Shown here: positions 31,550 through 41,521 of the stretch, piece by piece
Layout: every line of letters begins with the position of its first letter
Numbering within the stretch: the first letter of the stretch is position 1
NCBI GenBank assembly: GCA_040768745.1
Contig: JAXGMI010000001.1
Span: 1,696,001-1,760,000 of the forward strand
DNA length: 64,000 bases
Direction: 5' to 3'
Source of the DNA: Desulfomicrobium sp.
GTDB taxonomy: Bacteria; Desulfobacterota; Desulfovibrionia; Desulfovibrionales; Desulfomicrobiaceae
Notes under the pieces: model-generated
What the model was told of the DNA's origin: nothing
Seen by the model: only the letters and a program-made list of their open reading frames with translations
Database searches by the model: none
Made by a program: the position numbers and the translations under genes

Positions 31550-34306
31550 TCACCGCTCCTGCTTCTTGAGGAGAATGACGGCCAGCCAGATGACGGCCAG
31601 AGCGGCCAGAATCATGGGGGCGAAGGTCTGGTCCAGGTCGCGCATGCCCAGGGCCTTGTTGAACACTCCACGGCAGATGGTCAGGTAATGGCTCGCGGGG
31701 TATATTTCGCCAATGAAACGTCCCGCCCCTTCGAGGGAGGACACGGGGTTGATCATGCCCGCGAACTGGATGGCCGGCAGCATGCTGCCGATCATGGTGA
31801 AGAACATGGCCGCGATCTGGCTTTTGGTGAAGGTGGAGGCGAGCAGCCCGAATCCAGTGGCAAAACACACAAAAATGAACGTGGCCAGGGTCAGAGTGAC
31901 AAAGCTGCCTTTGATGGGCACTCCGAACAGGGTCACAGCCACAAAGCTCAGCAGCAGAAAATTCGCCATTCCCAGCACGAGGTAGGGCAACTGCTTGCCG
32001 AGCAGGAATTCGCTGCGCGTCACCGGCGTGACGTAGAGGTTGATGATCGAGCCGAGCTCTTTTTCGCGCACCACCGACAGGGCGCTGAGCATGGCCGATA
32101 TCATGAGCAACAGAAGGGGGATGACCGCAGGCACCATGGCGTTCAGGCTCTTCACATCGGGGTTGTACCGGAAACGGGTTTCCACTGTGGCGGGGACCCT
32201 CACCTCCTCCAGACCGAGGCGGGTCCTGACGATTTCTCCCAGCCAATCCTGGTGCATGCCCTGAACATACCCCCTGATCGTTTCCGCCCGCGAGGGCATG
32301 GCCCCGTCGATCCAGGCACCGATCTGCACCCGGGTTCCGCGTTGCAGATCCCTTCCGAAGCCGGGGGGGATTTCCATGGCCAAGGAGAGCTCTCCGCTGC
32401 GCATGCGCTGGTCGAGATCTGCATAGTCGAGGATGGGCGGCTTCTCGATGAAGTAGCGGGAGCCGGAGATGTTCAGGGCGTAGTTGCGGCTGAGCATGGT
32501 CTGATCGCGGTCGAGGACGGCGTAGCGCAGGTCGTTGACGTCCATGGTGATGCCGTAGCCCATGATGAGCATCAGGATCAGGGTGCCGAAGGTGGCCATG
32601 ACCAGACGCACCGGATCGCGCCCCAGTTCAAGGGTCTCGCGGAGCGTGTAGCTGAAGGCGCGAGAGAAACTGAACACAGGGCCGCGGGTGGGCGCGGGTT
32701 TAGGAGCGATCGAAAGGGGCGGCACATTGTTTGACGTGGACGGCGGCTCAGGCCCGGTTTTGCCGTCGACGCCTGCCGCGTCCTGCAGATAGGCGATGAA
32801 GGTGTCTTCGAGATTTTTTGCACCGCGATTGTGGACCAGGTCAGCCGGCGCGCCGCTGACCAGGACGCGGCCGGCGTGCATGAGGGAGATCCGGTCGCAG
32901 CGTTCGGCCTCGTTCATGAAGTGGGTGGAGATGAAGATGGTCACCTTGTCGTTCCGCGACAGGTCGACGAGCAACTGCCAGAAGGCGTCCCTCGCCACGG
33001 GATCCACACCCGAGGTGGGTTCGTCAAGGATCAACATTTCCGGAGCGTGCACCATGGCGACGGCCAGGGACAGGCGCTGGCGCATGCCCAGGGGCAGGCT
33101 GCCCGGGAGCGCGCCGGGGACGGCTTCCAGGCCGAACCGGGCCAGCAGCTCCTGAACGCGGGCCGGTATCCTGGCCTCGGGCACGCCGAAAAGGCGCGCG
33201 TGCAGTACCAGGTTCTGTTCCACAGAAAGTTCCGTATACAGCGAGAAGGATTGGGACATGTAGCCCACGCGCCGTCTTGTGACGATGTCGCGGGCGTTCA
33301 CCGTATGTCCGAAAAGCTCCGCGTGGCCTTCATTGGGGGGCAGCAGCCCGGTGAGCATTTTCATGGTCGTGGTCTTGCCGCAGCCGTTGGAGCCGAGGAA
33401 ACCGAAGATTTCACCGCGCTGGATGCAAAAGCTGACGCGGTCCACGGCCGTGAAGTCGCCAAAGCGCAAGGTCAGGCCATGGGCTTCGATGGCGATGTCC
33501 GCTCCTCCGGTTCTGGGCGGAAGGATCACGGCCCTGTGTCCGCGTTTCTTCTCGTCCGGCAGAAGTTCGATGAAGGCCATTTCCAGTGTCTGCTGGCCGG
33601 TGCGCTGATGCAATTCCCGAGGGCTGCCCGTGGCCAGAATCCGCCCCGCATCCATGGCCACCAGCCAGTCGAAACGCTCAGCTTCATCCATGTAGGCCGT
33701 GGCCACCATCACGCTCATACCAGGGCGGTTCTCGCGAATACCGGCAATGAGGGACCAGAATTGGCTGCGCGCCAAGGGGTCCACTCCGGTGGTCGGTTCA
33801 TCCAGGATCAGCAGTTCCGGATCGTGGATGAGCGCGCAGCACAGTCCCAATTTCTGCTTCATGCCGCCCGAGAGCTTCCCGGCCGGGCGGTGGAGGAAGG
33901 GATACAGCCCAGTGGCCGTGGTCAGCTCGTCGATGCGCCTGCGGCGTTCATCTTTCCCGTGGCTGAAAAGGCGGCCGAAAAACTGCAGATTCTCCTCCAC
34001 CGACAGGGTCGGGTACAGATTCCTGCCCAATCCCTGCGGCATGTAGGCAATGAGCGGGCCAACCTGATTGCGGTGGTGACGGACCTGCATGTCGCCGTCC
34101 AGCACCGTAAGGCTTCCTGTCTGCACTGCGCGGGCACCGGAAACGAGTGCCAGCAGGCTCGACTTGCCGACACCGTCGGGGCCGATGAGACCGACCATGA
34201 GGCCGGCGGGCACTTCCAGGTCAACGGCGTCCAGGGCCACTGTCTTGCCATAGCGCAGGCTGATTCCGCCCAGCCGGACGATGGCGCGGCACCGGTCGGC
34301 TGTCAT
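31550..34306 (-). CDS. rbbA: RbbA-like double ABC ATPase fused to ABC-2 permease
   Basis: [56 protein letters not shown]. Confidence 0.9.
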   Translation of the reverse strand: MTADRCRAIVRLGGISLRYGKTVALDAVDLEVPAGLMVGLIGPDGVGKSSLLALVSGARAVQTGSLTVLDGDMQVRHHRNQVGPLIAYMPQGLGRNLYPTLSVEENLQFFGRLFSHGKDERRRRIDELTTATGLYPFLHRPAGKLSGGMKQKLGLCCALIHDPELLILDEPTTGVDPLARSQFWSLIAGIRENRPGMSVMVATAYMDEAERFDWLVAMDAGRILATGSPRELHQRTGQQTLEMAFIELLPDEKKRGHRAVILPPRTGGADIAIEAHGLTLRFGDFTAVDRVSFCIQRGEIFGFLGSNGCGKTTTMKMLTGLLPPNEGHAELFGHTVNARDIVTRRRVGYMSQSFSLYTELSVEQNLVLHARLFGVPEARIPARVQELLARFGLEAVPGALPGSLPLGMRQRLSLAVAMVHAPEMLILDEPTSGVDPVARDAFWQLLVDLSRNDKVTIFISTHFMNEAERCDRISLMHAGRVLVSGAPADLVHNRGAKNLEDTFIAYLQDAAGVDGKTGPEPPSTSNNVPPLSIAPKPAPTRGPVFSFSRAFSYTLRETLELGRDPVRLVMATFGTLILMLIMGYGITMDVNDLRYAVLDRDQTMLSRNYALNISGSRYFIEKPPILDYADLDQRMRSGELSLAMEIPPGFGRDLQRGTRVQIGAWIDGAMPSRAETIRGYVQGMHQDWLGEIVRTRLGLEEVRVPATVETRFRYNPDVKSLNAMVPAVIPLLLLMISAMLSALSVVREKELGSIINLYVTPVTRSEFLLGKQLPYLVLGMANFLLLSFVAVTLFGVPIKGSFVTLTLATFIFVCFATGFGLLASTFTKSQIAAMFFTMIGSMLPAIQFAGMINPVSSLEGAGRFIGEIYPASHYLTICRGVFNKALGMRDLDQTFAPMILAALAVIWLAVILLKKQER

Positions 34307-35376
34307 GGGGAGACCTGCAGGGCCATGGACGCAGGCCACTCAGCCTGGGGATCCAGTTTCAGCCAGGCCACGCCGGGAAGGCCTGTCTTGACCTGTTTCA
34401 GATGTTTTTTGAGCAGATCCTCGTCGATGCGGGCCTTGACCCGGAACATGAGCTTCTGACGCTCGCTCGCAGTCTCCACGGTCTTGGGCGTGAACTGTGC
34501 GACGCTTGCGACAAAGGAGACCCTGGCGGGAATGACATAGTTCGGTGCGGCGTCGAGGATGATGCGCACCTCGCTGTTCAGGGCCACCCGGCCGGCCACT
34601 GTCTCCGGCAGGAAAAAAGTCATGTACACGTCGTTCAGGTCCACCACGTTGAGCACCTTGCCGCCGGCCCCGACCACCTCTCCGGGCTGGACAATGCGAT
34701 ACTGCACCCGACCGTTGCGCGGGGCCCGCAAAATACCCTCCTCCAGTTCCGTCTTCAACCGTGCGGCCACTGCCTCCATGGCCGCGATACCTGCGTCAGC
34801 CTGTTCGACCTGAGCCCGGGCGGCGTCCACGGCGGCTTCAGAGGCAGTAATCTTGGCGCGGGCTACGGTCACGGTAGCCCCGGCGCTGCGCACGCGGGCG
34901 GCATTGTCGTCGGCATCCTGGGCTGAGGCCACGCCGCGTTTGTACAGGGTCTGAATACGTGCGTTGGTTTTTTTCGCCACTTCCAGCTCGGCCTGGCTTT
35001 GCACCAATTGTGCCTTTGCCGTGGCGACGTCGGCCTCCCGCTGTGCAACAGTGGCCAGGGCCGTGCTTTTGGCGCTTTTGGCGTTGGCCACCTCGGCCAG
35101 GGCCTGATTGAGCTGGGCGGCAACGGTCTCTGTATCCATCCGGGCGACCATATCACCCTGCAGTACGAAATCCCCTTCGTTGACCAGAATGTCCTCGACC
35201 CGGCCGGAACCTTTGGCCGAGACGTCGATTTCAGTGGCCTCGATGCGGCCATTGCCCTGAACGAAGCTGCCTTCGTCGGCCTTGGGCCTGAAAAAGCGCC
35301 ACCACATCCCGAATGCGGCGAGGGCGAGCACCGCAAGGACGGCCCAGAGGAGAACTTTTTTTGATCCGGGGTTCAC
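34303..35376 (-). CDS. yhiI: HlyD family periplasmic adaptor (YhiI-like)
   Basis: [39 protein letters not shown]. Confidence 0.88.
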   Translation of the reverse strand: MNPGSKKVLLWAVLAVLALAAFGMWWRFFRPKADEGSFVQGNGRIEATEIDVSAKGSGRVEDILVNEGDFVLQGDMVARMDTETVAAQLNQALAEVANAKSAKSTALATVAQREADVATAKAQLVQSQAELEVAKKTNARIQTLYKRGVASAQDADDNAARVRSAGATVTVARAKITASEAAVDAARAQVEQADAGIAAMEAVAARLKTELEEGILRAPRNGRVQYRIVQPGEVVGAGGKVLNVVDLNDVYMTFFLPETVAGRVALNSEVRIILDAAPNYVIPARVSFVASVAQFTPKTVETASERQKLMFRVKARIDEDLLKKHLKQVKTGLPGVAWLKLDPQAEWPASMALQVSP

Positions 35377-35411
35377 GGGAGTTCCTTATGCTTGAATCGG
35401 AGAGCTGCGCG

Positions 35412-36197
35412 TTATGGGTTTTGGGATACACCACCCGCCACGAAGCCGCGCATGGAGACGGATCCCAGGGTCACCTGGGTATTGAAAAAGGCGACCGGCT
35501 CGTTCGGGTACATGGCGCCCAGGACATAGAGGAGGGGAAGGTAGTGTTTTTCCGACGGGATGGCCTTCCGGGCGTGGGGGATCGCTGCGTAGGCGGTCAG
35601 GGCTGCGTGATTGCCGTCCTGGATCAGTCTGGCCATGGCCGCGTCGCATTCCACTGCCCAGTCGAACCCGTGGCGCGTCCAGGTCATAAGCCGGAGGTTG
35701 TGGACCATGTTGCCGCTGCCGAGGACAAGGACACCTTCCTGCCGCAAAGGGCGCAGTTCGCGGCCCAGTTTGTAGTGAAACATAGCCGGTGCGCCCGCGT
35801 CAAGACTGACCTGCACCACGGGGATGTCCGCCTCCGGAAACATGCGGCAGAGAACGGACCATGCCCCGTGGTCGAGTCCCCACATGCGGTCAGGGCGGAT
35901 CCGTGCCGAACGCACCAGTTCCGTGATGCGGTTGGCCAGGTCCGGCGAGCCTGACGCAGGGTATGCCATCTCGTTCAACTGTTGTGGAAATCCATGGAAA
36001 TCGTGAATTGTCGGGGGTGATTCCATGGCGGTCACGCAGGTTCCGTCTGTTTCCCAGTGAGCGGAAACGCAAACAATGGCCCTGGGTCGCGGCAGGGATT
36101 TCCCCACCTCCGCCCAGGTCCGGCTGAAGGCGTTGTCTTCAATGGCGTTCATGGGATTGCCATGGCCTGCGAACAGGATGGGCATGATTATGGTCAT
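35412..36197 (-). CDS. ygiD: 4,5-DOPA extradiol dioxygenase (LigB family)
   Basis: GHGNPMNA, VSAHW, TIHDF, WGLDHGAW, GSGNMVHNL, HYLPLLY. Confidence 0.9.
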   Translation of the reverse strand: MTIIMPILFAGHGNPMNAIEDNAFSRTWAEVGKSLPRPRAIVCVSAHWETDGTCVTAMESPPTIHDFHGFPQQLNEMAYPASGSPDLANRITELVRSARIRPDRMWGLDHGAWSVLCRMFPEADIPVVQVSLDAGAPAMFHYKLGRELRPLRQEGVLVLGSGNMVHNLRLMTWTRHGFDWAVECDAAMARLIQDGNHAALTAYAAIPHARKAIPSEKHYLPLLYVLGAMYPNEPVAFFNTQVTLGSVSMRGFVAGGVSQNP

Positions 36198-36204
36198 GGC
36201 TGCC

Positions 36205-37065
36205 TCACGAGTTGCGGGTTACGAAGACACGGGTCCAGGACAGGGTCAGGGCAATGGCGAAAAGGGCGGCCACGATGCCCAGAGCCACGTCGAGCATGGG
36301 CGGTGCGGCCAGGGCCAGCCGAATGAAAAGAGTGGACAGGGCATACCCCGAGTTGCGGAACACGGCATGGAAGGAAGGACGGAAACACTGGGAAATGAGG
36401 ACCACCAGAATATCCGTGAAAATGAGCAGGGTATAGAAGACCGGAAAAAAATCCAGATGCGGCAGGCCGCGTGTCATGGCATGGAGATTGTCCAGCCCCA
36501 GGATGACAAATGTGGCAAGGAGGATCAGAGCAATACCTTTCTTGGCCGCCACGAAGCGGAAGAGGTCATGGGGCAGACCCATGTCCTGTTTCCTGTCGGG
36601 TTGAATGCGGTAATAGATCCCGAGCAGGGTGAAGATGGCCAGGGCACCGAAGCCGTAACCCAGGATGTGCATGACAGGGGTCAGATTCGCGTCCACGGTG
36701 ATCGGTTCGGCAAAGGCGGAAAGCTCCTTGAAGGAGTCCCGCAGGAGGATCAGGGACAGGATCTCGAACTGCTTGCCCACGGATTTGGAAAATGAGCAGG
36801 GCAGGGTGAAGATCAGGCTGATGACCTCCAGGACAAGGACCAGGGTGAAGGCCAAGTTGACGGCGTGGAAATGGTTGACCGGTGTGTACGGGACCAGGGC
36901 GGCGGGCAACAATCCGCGCCGGTTGAGTTCGATGCCGGCCAGGGAGGCCAGAAAGACGAAGATGATCGCCAGGGCCAGGCGCCGGAGCATGCGCTCGTGC
37001 TCCCAGAAGTGATGCAAAGGGTCGAAGATGTAGGTGACGCGTTCGAAGAGGGCATCCATGGGCAT
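36205..37065 (-). CDS. Hypothetical multi-pass membrane protein
   Basis: About 8 hydrophobic segments; start ATG 37065 or 37059. Confidence 0.75.
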   Translation of the reverse strand: MPMDALFERVTYIFDPLHHFWEHERMLRRLALAIIFVFLASLAGIELNRRGLLPAALVPYTPVNHFHAVNLAFTLVLVLEVISLIFTLPCSFSKSVGKQFEILSLILLRDSFKELSAFAEPITVDANLTPVMHILGYGFGALAIFTLLGIYYRIQPDRKQDMGLPHDLFRFVAAKKGIALILLATFVILGLDNLHAMTRGLPHLDFFPVFYTLLIFTDILVVLISQCFRPSFHAVFRNSGYALSTLFIRLALAAPPMLDVALGIVAALFAIALTLSWTRVFVTRNS

Positions 37066-37091
37066 GGGGCTCCGCAATGTCGGGAAAAGGT

Positions 37092-37673
37092 TCAGAGATA
37101 TCTGGAAGTGATGGCTTCCACCTTGGCCAGATAGGATTTGCGTGTTTCATCCGTGGATGAGACCAGGCCTCCGAAAAAGGCGTGGTGGAGCACTTCCATC
37201 CCGCAGAGTTCGAAGATGCCGGTGTTCGTGGTCAGACCCATGGCCTCGTGCATGCCCTGGGCCGAGTACAACGCGCTGGGCGCGCCCGTGGTGTTGAATA
37301 TCAGCACCTTTTTCCCGGTCAACAGTCCCTCGACTTTGTCGCCGTGCACTGCAAAGGCGAAATTCCGGCAAAAAACCCGCTCGATGTAGCCTTTGAGCAT
37401 GGCCGGCATCCCGGCCCACCAGATCGGATAGACAAAGGTGAGCACATCGGACCAGTCGATGAAATCCTGCTCCTGCAGAACGTCTGGCCGCGGAATGGTC
37501 CCTGGAGGGGTTTCGAACTCCTCTTTGCGCAGTATTGGATCGAATTCCATCTTGTAGAGGTCCCGGAGCAGGGTGTCGTGTCCCAAGGCGTGGGACACGG
37601 CCTGCACCGTGTCGGCAATGGCCCGGTTGAAGCTGCTGGGACTGGGATGGCAGAAGATGACGAGATGGTTCAT
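37092..37673 (-). CDS. NAD(P)H:quinone oxidoreductase, flavodoxin-2 (MdaB/KefF) family
   Basis: HPSPSSFN, RDLY, YPIWWAGMPAMLKGYIERVF, TTG. Confidence 0.9.
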   Translation of the reverse strand: MNHLVIFCHPSPSSFNRAIADTVQAVSHALGHDTLLRDLYKMEFDPILRKEEFETPPGTIPRPDVLQEQDFIDWSDVLTFVYPIWWAGMPAMLKGYIERVFCRNFAFAVHGDKVEGLLTGKKVLIFNTTGAPSALYSAQGMHEAMGLTTNTGIFELCGMEVLHHAFFGGLVSSTDETRKSYLAKVEAITSRYL

Positions 37674-37814
37674 GGCCCCCTCCCGGTTGTGGACCTGTTC
37701 CGCCGGGGAATGGCGTCACCGCCTGACCTCCGGTCCGGTCCATGATTGCGGATTTTATATGAGAGTACGCCATGGCCGGGGTTTTTTGAAGCGGAATTTG
37801 GAAAGTTCAGGAAA

Positions 37815-38051
37815 TCAGGTATCCGCCCCGGCCCGGCGGAGAAGATCAAGAACCAGCCCGGGATCGGGTATCCGTCTGGTTTCGGACTTGGAGTAGATGA
37901 TCTGGCCGTTGGCTTGGATTTGGAAAACCCCTTTGGCTCCCTGCTCCAGGGTAGGGGTGAATCCCAGTTCGGATTGGATGCGTTCCGCAAGACTTGCGGC
38001 GCGTTGGGCATAGCCCGCTCACATGCCGCAATAGAGGATGTGGATGCCCAT
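37815..38051 (-). CDS. Rdx (SelW/SelT/SelH) family selenoprotein, 78 aa, CxxU motif
   Basis: RBS AGGAG; reads MGIHILYCGM(TGA)AGYAQRAASLAERIQSELGFTPTLEQGAKGVFQIQANGQIIYSKSETRRIPDPGLVLDLLRRAGADT; in-frame TGA at 38021-38019; family pattern continues after the TGA. Confidence 0.85.
37980..38002 (-). promoter_or_regulatory. Bacterial SECIS-like hairpin
   Basis: GCG-CCGCAA-GUC-UUGCGG-AA-CGC beginning 16 nt after the in-frame UGA, with GU at the apex. Confidence 0.7.
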
Positions 38052-38073
38052 GTCTCCTGTCATTCTGCGGATG

Positions 38074-38373
38074 TTATTGCTGGAAGTATTCGGTGTTCTT
38101 GAGCATTCCGCCCTCAAAGGTCAGGACGTAGTAGCCGTTGCCGATCTTGTAGGTCATCTCCGTGATGTACAGCATGCGCTCCTCGGACCTGTCCTGTGAG
38201 CGGACCTTGATTTCCCCGACGCGGTCCTCGCTGAGGGGGACGCCGCACTTGGCGCGCACCTTGGAGATGATGGTCCCCGGGGTCATGAGGTCACCCTGAC
38301 AGCGCAGGTCTGCAGCCAGGGACGGCGTGGCCAGGCAGAGGAGAAACAGGAGGGGGAAAAAACAGGTGCGCAT
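38074..38373 (-). CDS. DUF2845-like small secreted protein
   Basis: Signal peptide, then LRCQGDL...G....V..KCG.P and LTFEGG.L..; start MRTCFF. Confidence 0.7.
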   Translation of the reverse strand: MRTCFFPLLFLLCLATPSLAADLRCQGDLMTPGTIISKVRAKCGVPLSEDRVGEIKVRSQDRSEERMLYITEMTYKIGNGYYVLTFEGGMLKNTEYFQQ

Positions 38374-38443
38374 TGGCGGGCCTCCGGGTAGTGGTGATGC
38401 GGTATGCCACGTGTTGATGTAATCTTTCGCGCAGAGGGAGTCC

Positions 38444-39856
38444 ATGAGATACCGGGTGGAAAAAGACAGCCTGGGTGAACGCAACGTTCCGGCAGAGGCC
38501 TATTATGGGGTGCAAACCGTGCGGGCCATGGAAAATTTTCAGGTCACCGGCATCGCCATTGCCCATTATCCCCTGCACATCAGGGCTCTGGCCTGTATCA
38601 AGCAGGCGGCGGCCCTGGCCAATATGGAGCTTGGTCTGATGGAGCCCGAGCTTGCCCACGCCATCATGCAGGCCTGCAGAGATGTCAGGGACGGCAGGTT
38701 CAATGATCAGTTCGTGGTGGACGTGATCCAGGGTGGGGCCGGAACGTCGGTCAACATGAACGCCAACGAGGTCATCGCCAACCGCGCTCTGGAGCTCCTG
38801 GGCCGGGCCAAGGGTCAGTACGGCTTCTGCCACCCGAACAACCATGTCAATCTCTCCCAGTCCACCAACGACGTCTACCCGACGTCTCTGCGCATCACCG
38901 CGGTTTGGAAGATCACGGAAGTCGTGCGCTGCATGCAGGATCTGGTCGATGCCCTGGAGACTAAGGGTGAGGAGTTCGCCGATGTCATCAAGATGGGGCG
39001 TACGCAGCTGCAGGATGCCGTGCCCATGACCCTGGGTCAGGAATTTGCGGCCTGGGCCGTGACCGTGGGGGAGGACATTCAGCGCCTGCAGGAGTGCCGG
39101 ACCCTTCTGATGGAGATCAACATGGGCGCCACGGCCATCGGCACGGGCATCAACACGGTTCCGGCCTATGCCGGATTCGTCTGCGAGAAATTGGCTCAGA
39201 TTACCAAGCTGCCTCTGGTCAAGTCGCCCAATCTGGTGGAGGCCACCTCGGACACCGGCGCCTTCGTGCAGCTCTCCGGCGTGTTCAAGCGCGTGGCCGT
39301 GAAGCTGTCCAAGATCTGCAACGACCTGCGCCTGTTGTCCTCGGGACCGCTGGCCGGACTGGGAGAAATCAACCTGCCGCCCATGCAGCCCGGTTCGTCC
39401 ATCATGCCCGGCAAGGTCAATCCGGTCATTCCGGAGATGGTCAACCAGGTCTGCTACCAGGCCATCGGCAACGACCTGACCGTGACCATGGCCGCCGAAG
39501 CCGGACAGCTCGAACTCAATGTCTTCGAGCCCATCATCGCCTTCAACCTCTTCCAGACCATGGACATGCTCCTGCGGGCCATGCGCATCCTGAAGGATCG
39601 CTGCATCGCCGGTATCACCGCCAATCGCGAGCGGTGCGCGCAGATGGTGCGGCAGTCCGCGGGTATCGTGACCGTGCTCGTGCCCTATCTCGGGTACGAC
39701 GAGGCGGCGGGCATCGCCAAGGAGGCGGCTTCGACGGGCAAGACGGTTTACGATCTGGTGCTGGAAAAAGGAAGGATGACCAGGGAGGAACTGGAGGATG
39801 CCCTCGATCCCATGAAGATGACCCACCCGAGGATGGTGCGCTACAGAAAGGGATGA
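38444..39856 (+). CDS. aspA: Aspartate ammonia-lyase
   Basis: YYGVQTVRAMENF, QGGAGTSVNMNANEVIAN, QSTNDVYPT, GRTQLQDA, GSSIMPGKVNP. Confidence 0.93.
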   Translation: MRYRVEKDSLGERNVPAEAYYGVQTVRAMENFQVTGIAIAHYPLHIRALACIKQAAALANMELGLMEPELAHAIMQACRDVRDGRFNDQFVVDVIQGGAGTSVNMNANEVIANRALELLGRAKGQYGFCHPNNHVNLSQSTNDVYPTSLRITAVWKITEVVRCMQDLVDALETKGEEFADVIKMGRTQLQDAVPMTLGQEFAAWAVTVGEDIQRLQECRTLLMEINMGATAIGTGINTVPAYAGFVCEKLAQITKLPLVKSPNLVEATSDTGAFVQLSGVFKRVAVKLSKICNDLRLLSSGPLAGLGEINLPPMQPGSSIMPGKVNPVIPEMVNQVCYQAIGNDLTVTMAAEAGQLELNVFEPIIAFNLFQTMDMLLRAMRILKDRCIAGITANRERCAQMVRQSAGIVTVLVPYLGYDEAAGIAKEAASTGKTVYDLVLEKGRMTREELEDALDPMKMTHPRMVRYRKG

Positions 39857-39949
39857 GGTTTTGCCGCCTGCAGGGGTCGAGGACCCGCGACCCTGACGTC
39901 GCGAGAGCGACTTGACGAACGCGTCAAGACAGGCCAATCTCACGACATC

Positions 39950-40450
39950 ATGTTAGGCATTGTCGTCAGTGAGGCCAGTCGGTACCTGCGCGCGGCCCCT
40001 TTTCCGCACCTGACCACGGTCAAGGTATCAAGTCTGGCCATGGTTGCCGGGGCCGAAGCCCGCTTGGTCCTGGCCCAGCCAGAAATGTCCTGGCTCGGCT
40101 GGCTCTGGCTGGCGCTGACCGGGCTTTTTGCCTGGGGCGTGGTTTTGTGCCAGGCCGATGCCCTGTCCCGCTACCGGGAGTTCCAGCGCGTGCGGCGCAT
40201 GCTGTCCCGACACGGGTTCTGCCCGCGCATCTTCAGGCTGGTGGCGTCATCCCGCTGCCAGCGCGATGCGGCCCTGCTGGCCGCCCGCGAAACCGGCTGC
40301 CGGGCCCAGGCCAAGCGGGTTTTCCGCGAACTGGGCTACCGCTGGTACCACATCCTGCCCGATGCCATTGTCGCCAATCCGCTCTGCTTCTTTCACCCGC
40401 GTTTTCTGCGTTCGACCTTTATCCCGGGCAAGGGCGCCAAGCACTTTTGA
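39950..40450 (+). CDS. Hypothetical membrane protein
   Basis: 166 aa ORF with a hydrophobic segment and motif-like DALSRYREF, SRCQRDAA, GYRWYHILPD; no clear RBS. Confidence 0.65.
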   Translation: MLGIVVSEASRYLRAAPFPHLTTVKVSSLAMVAGAEARLVLAQPEMSWLGWLWLALTGLFAWGVVLCQADALSRYREFQRVRRMLSRHGFCPRIFRLVASSRCQRDAALLAARETGCRAQAKRVFRELGYRWYHILPDAIVANPLCFFHPRFLRSTFIPGKGAKHF

Positions 40451-40476
40451 GCGCTTTGGTCAGCGGGAGAGACATG

Positions 40477-40499
40477 AAAAGCGCTTGATTGGCGCTTTT
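40477..40499. terminator. Bidirectional terminator between convergent genes
   Basis: AAAAGCGC-TTGATTG-GCGCTTTT. Confidence 0.6.
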
Positions 40500-40542
40500 G
40501 GTGTTGGGCCGTGAGTCTGGATGCTTTTGTCTGGCCGGATCT

Positions 40543-40908
40543 TCAGAACTGCCCGGTCCGCAGCAGGACCAGGGTACAGGCGTGCTGCCAGGGGATGCCG
40601 GCGTGGGTCAAGGCCTGTTCCAGTTCCGGGGATTCCGTGCCTGGATTGAGGATGACCCGGCCGGGCTTCAGGGCGATGATCGCGTCTTGGAGTTGGGCGC
40701 TGCGCTCCGGGCCGACATATACGGTCAGGGTGTCCACTGTCCGGTCGATATCTGCCAGGCTCGGGGCCACGGGCAGGTCTTCGATGTCCTTGCGGCCGGG
40801 CGTGACCGGGATTACCTGGTGCCCATACTCTCTCAGCATGCGCACGGCTTGGTTGGAATAGCGTTCGGGCTTGTGGCTGGCTCCGAGCACGGCGACGGTC
40901 TGGCTCAT
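40543..40908 (-). CDS. CoA-binding protein (YccU-like)
   Basis: VAVLGASHKPERYS, VIPVTP, NPGTE, ACTLV. Confidence 0.85.
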   Translation of the reverse strand: MSQTVAVLGASHKPERYSNQAVRMLREYGHQVIPVTPGRKDIEDLPVAPSLADIDRTVDTLTVYVGPERSAQLQDAIIALKPGRVILNPGTESPELEQALTHAGIPWQHACTLVLLRTGQF

Positions 40909-40928
40909 GGTGACTCCGGCGGGGTCTG

Positions 40929-41471
40929 CTAGGGCTTGCGGCTGACCAGGACCTTGGCCGGGCGCAGCAGACGATCCTTGAGTATGTACCCTTTTTGCAG
41001 CATCTGGCAGACAGTGTTCTCGTCCAGGTCAGGGCGCTCCACCTGGCTCATGGCCTCGTGTCTGGTCGGGTCGAAAGGCACCTCGATTTCCGCGATCTGC
41101 TCCAGACCGTGTTTTTTCATGGTGTCCAGAAAGATCTTCATGGTCATTTCCACGCCCGCAACCAGATCCTTGCAGGCGTCGTTCTGCCTGCCGTGGGACA
41201 AGGCCAGATCCAGGTTGTCCATGACCGGGATGATCTCCTCCAGAATGGCGGAAGTGGCGAACTTGAAGTATTCCTCTTTCTCCCGCAGCAGGCGTTTCTT
41301 GAAGTTCTCGCCGTCGGCCAGGACACGCAGGTTCTCCTTTTTTAGTTCGTCCATATCAGCCAGTACCTGGACGTACTTCTCCTCCAGTGTGGGCTCCGGG
41401 GTTTCCTCCACCATGGGGATTTCGGCGTTCAATTCCTCCGGGGCCGTGGCCACGTTTTCCTTGTTGGGCAT
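40929..41471 (-). CDS. grpE: Nucleotide exchange factor GrpE
   Basis: ADGENFKKR, PVMDNL, FDPTRHEA, QKGYILKDRLLRPAKVLV; RBS AGGAG before MPNKEN. Confidence 0.95.
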   Translation of the reverse strand: MPNKENVATAPEELNAEIPMVEETPEPTLEEKYVQVLADMDELKKENLRVLADGENFKKRLLREKEEYFKFATSAILEEIIPVMDNLDLALSHGRQNDACKDLVAGVEMTMKIFLDTMKKHGLEQIAEIEVPFDPTRHEAMSQVERPDLDENTVCQMLQKGYILKDRLLRPAKVLVSRKP

Positions 41472-41521
41472 GAAAAACTCCTGATCTTTCAGATATTTGA
41501 AAAACCGCTTCACAGTTTTAC

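Noticed and set aside
31548..32246. N-terminal extension of the 607-aa ORF
   Set aside because: Overlaps rbbA out of frame; YhhJ similarity begins at ATG 31547.
37670..38102. ORF-track calls 37670-38011(-), 37746-38102(+), 37846-38031(-)
   Set aside because: No family features; better explained by the UGA-containing Rdx frame.
38291..39943. 550-aa ORF antisense to aspA
   Set aside because: Shadow ORF of a conserved gene.
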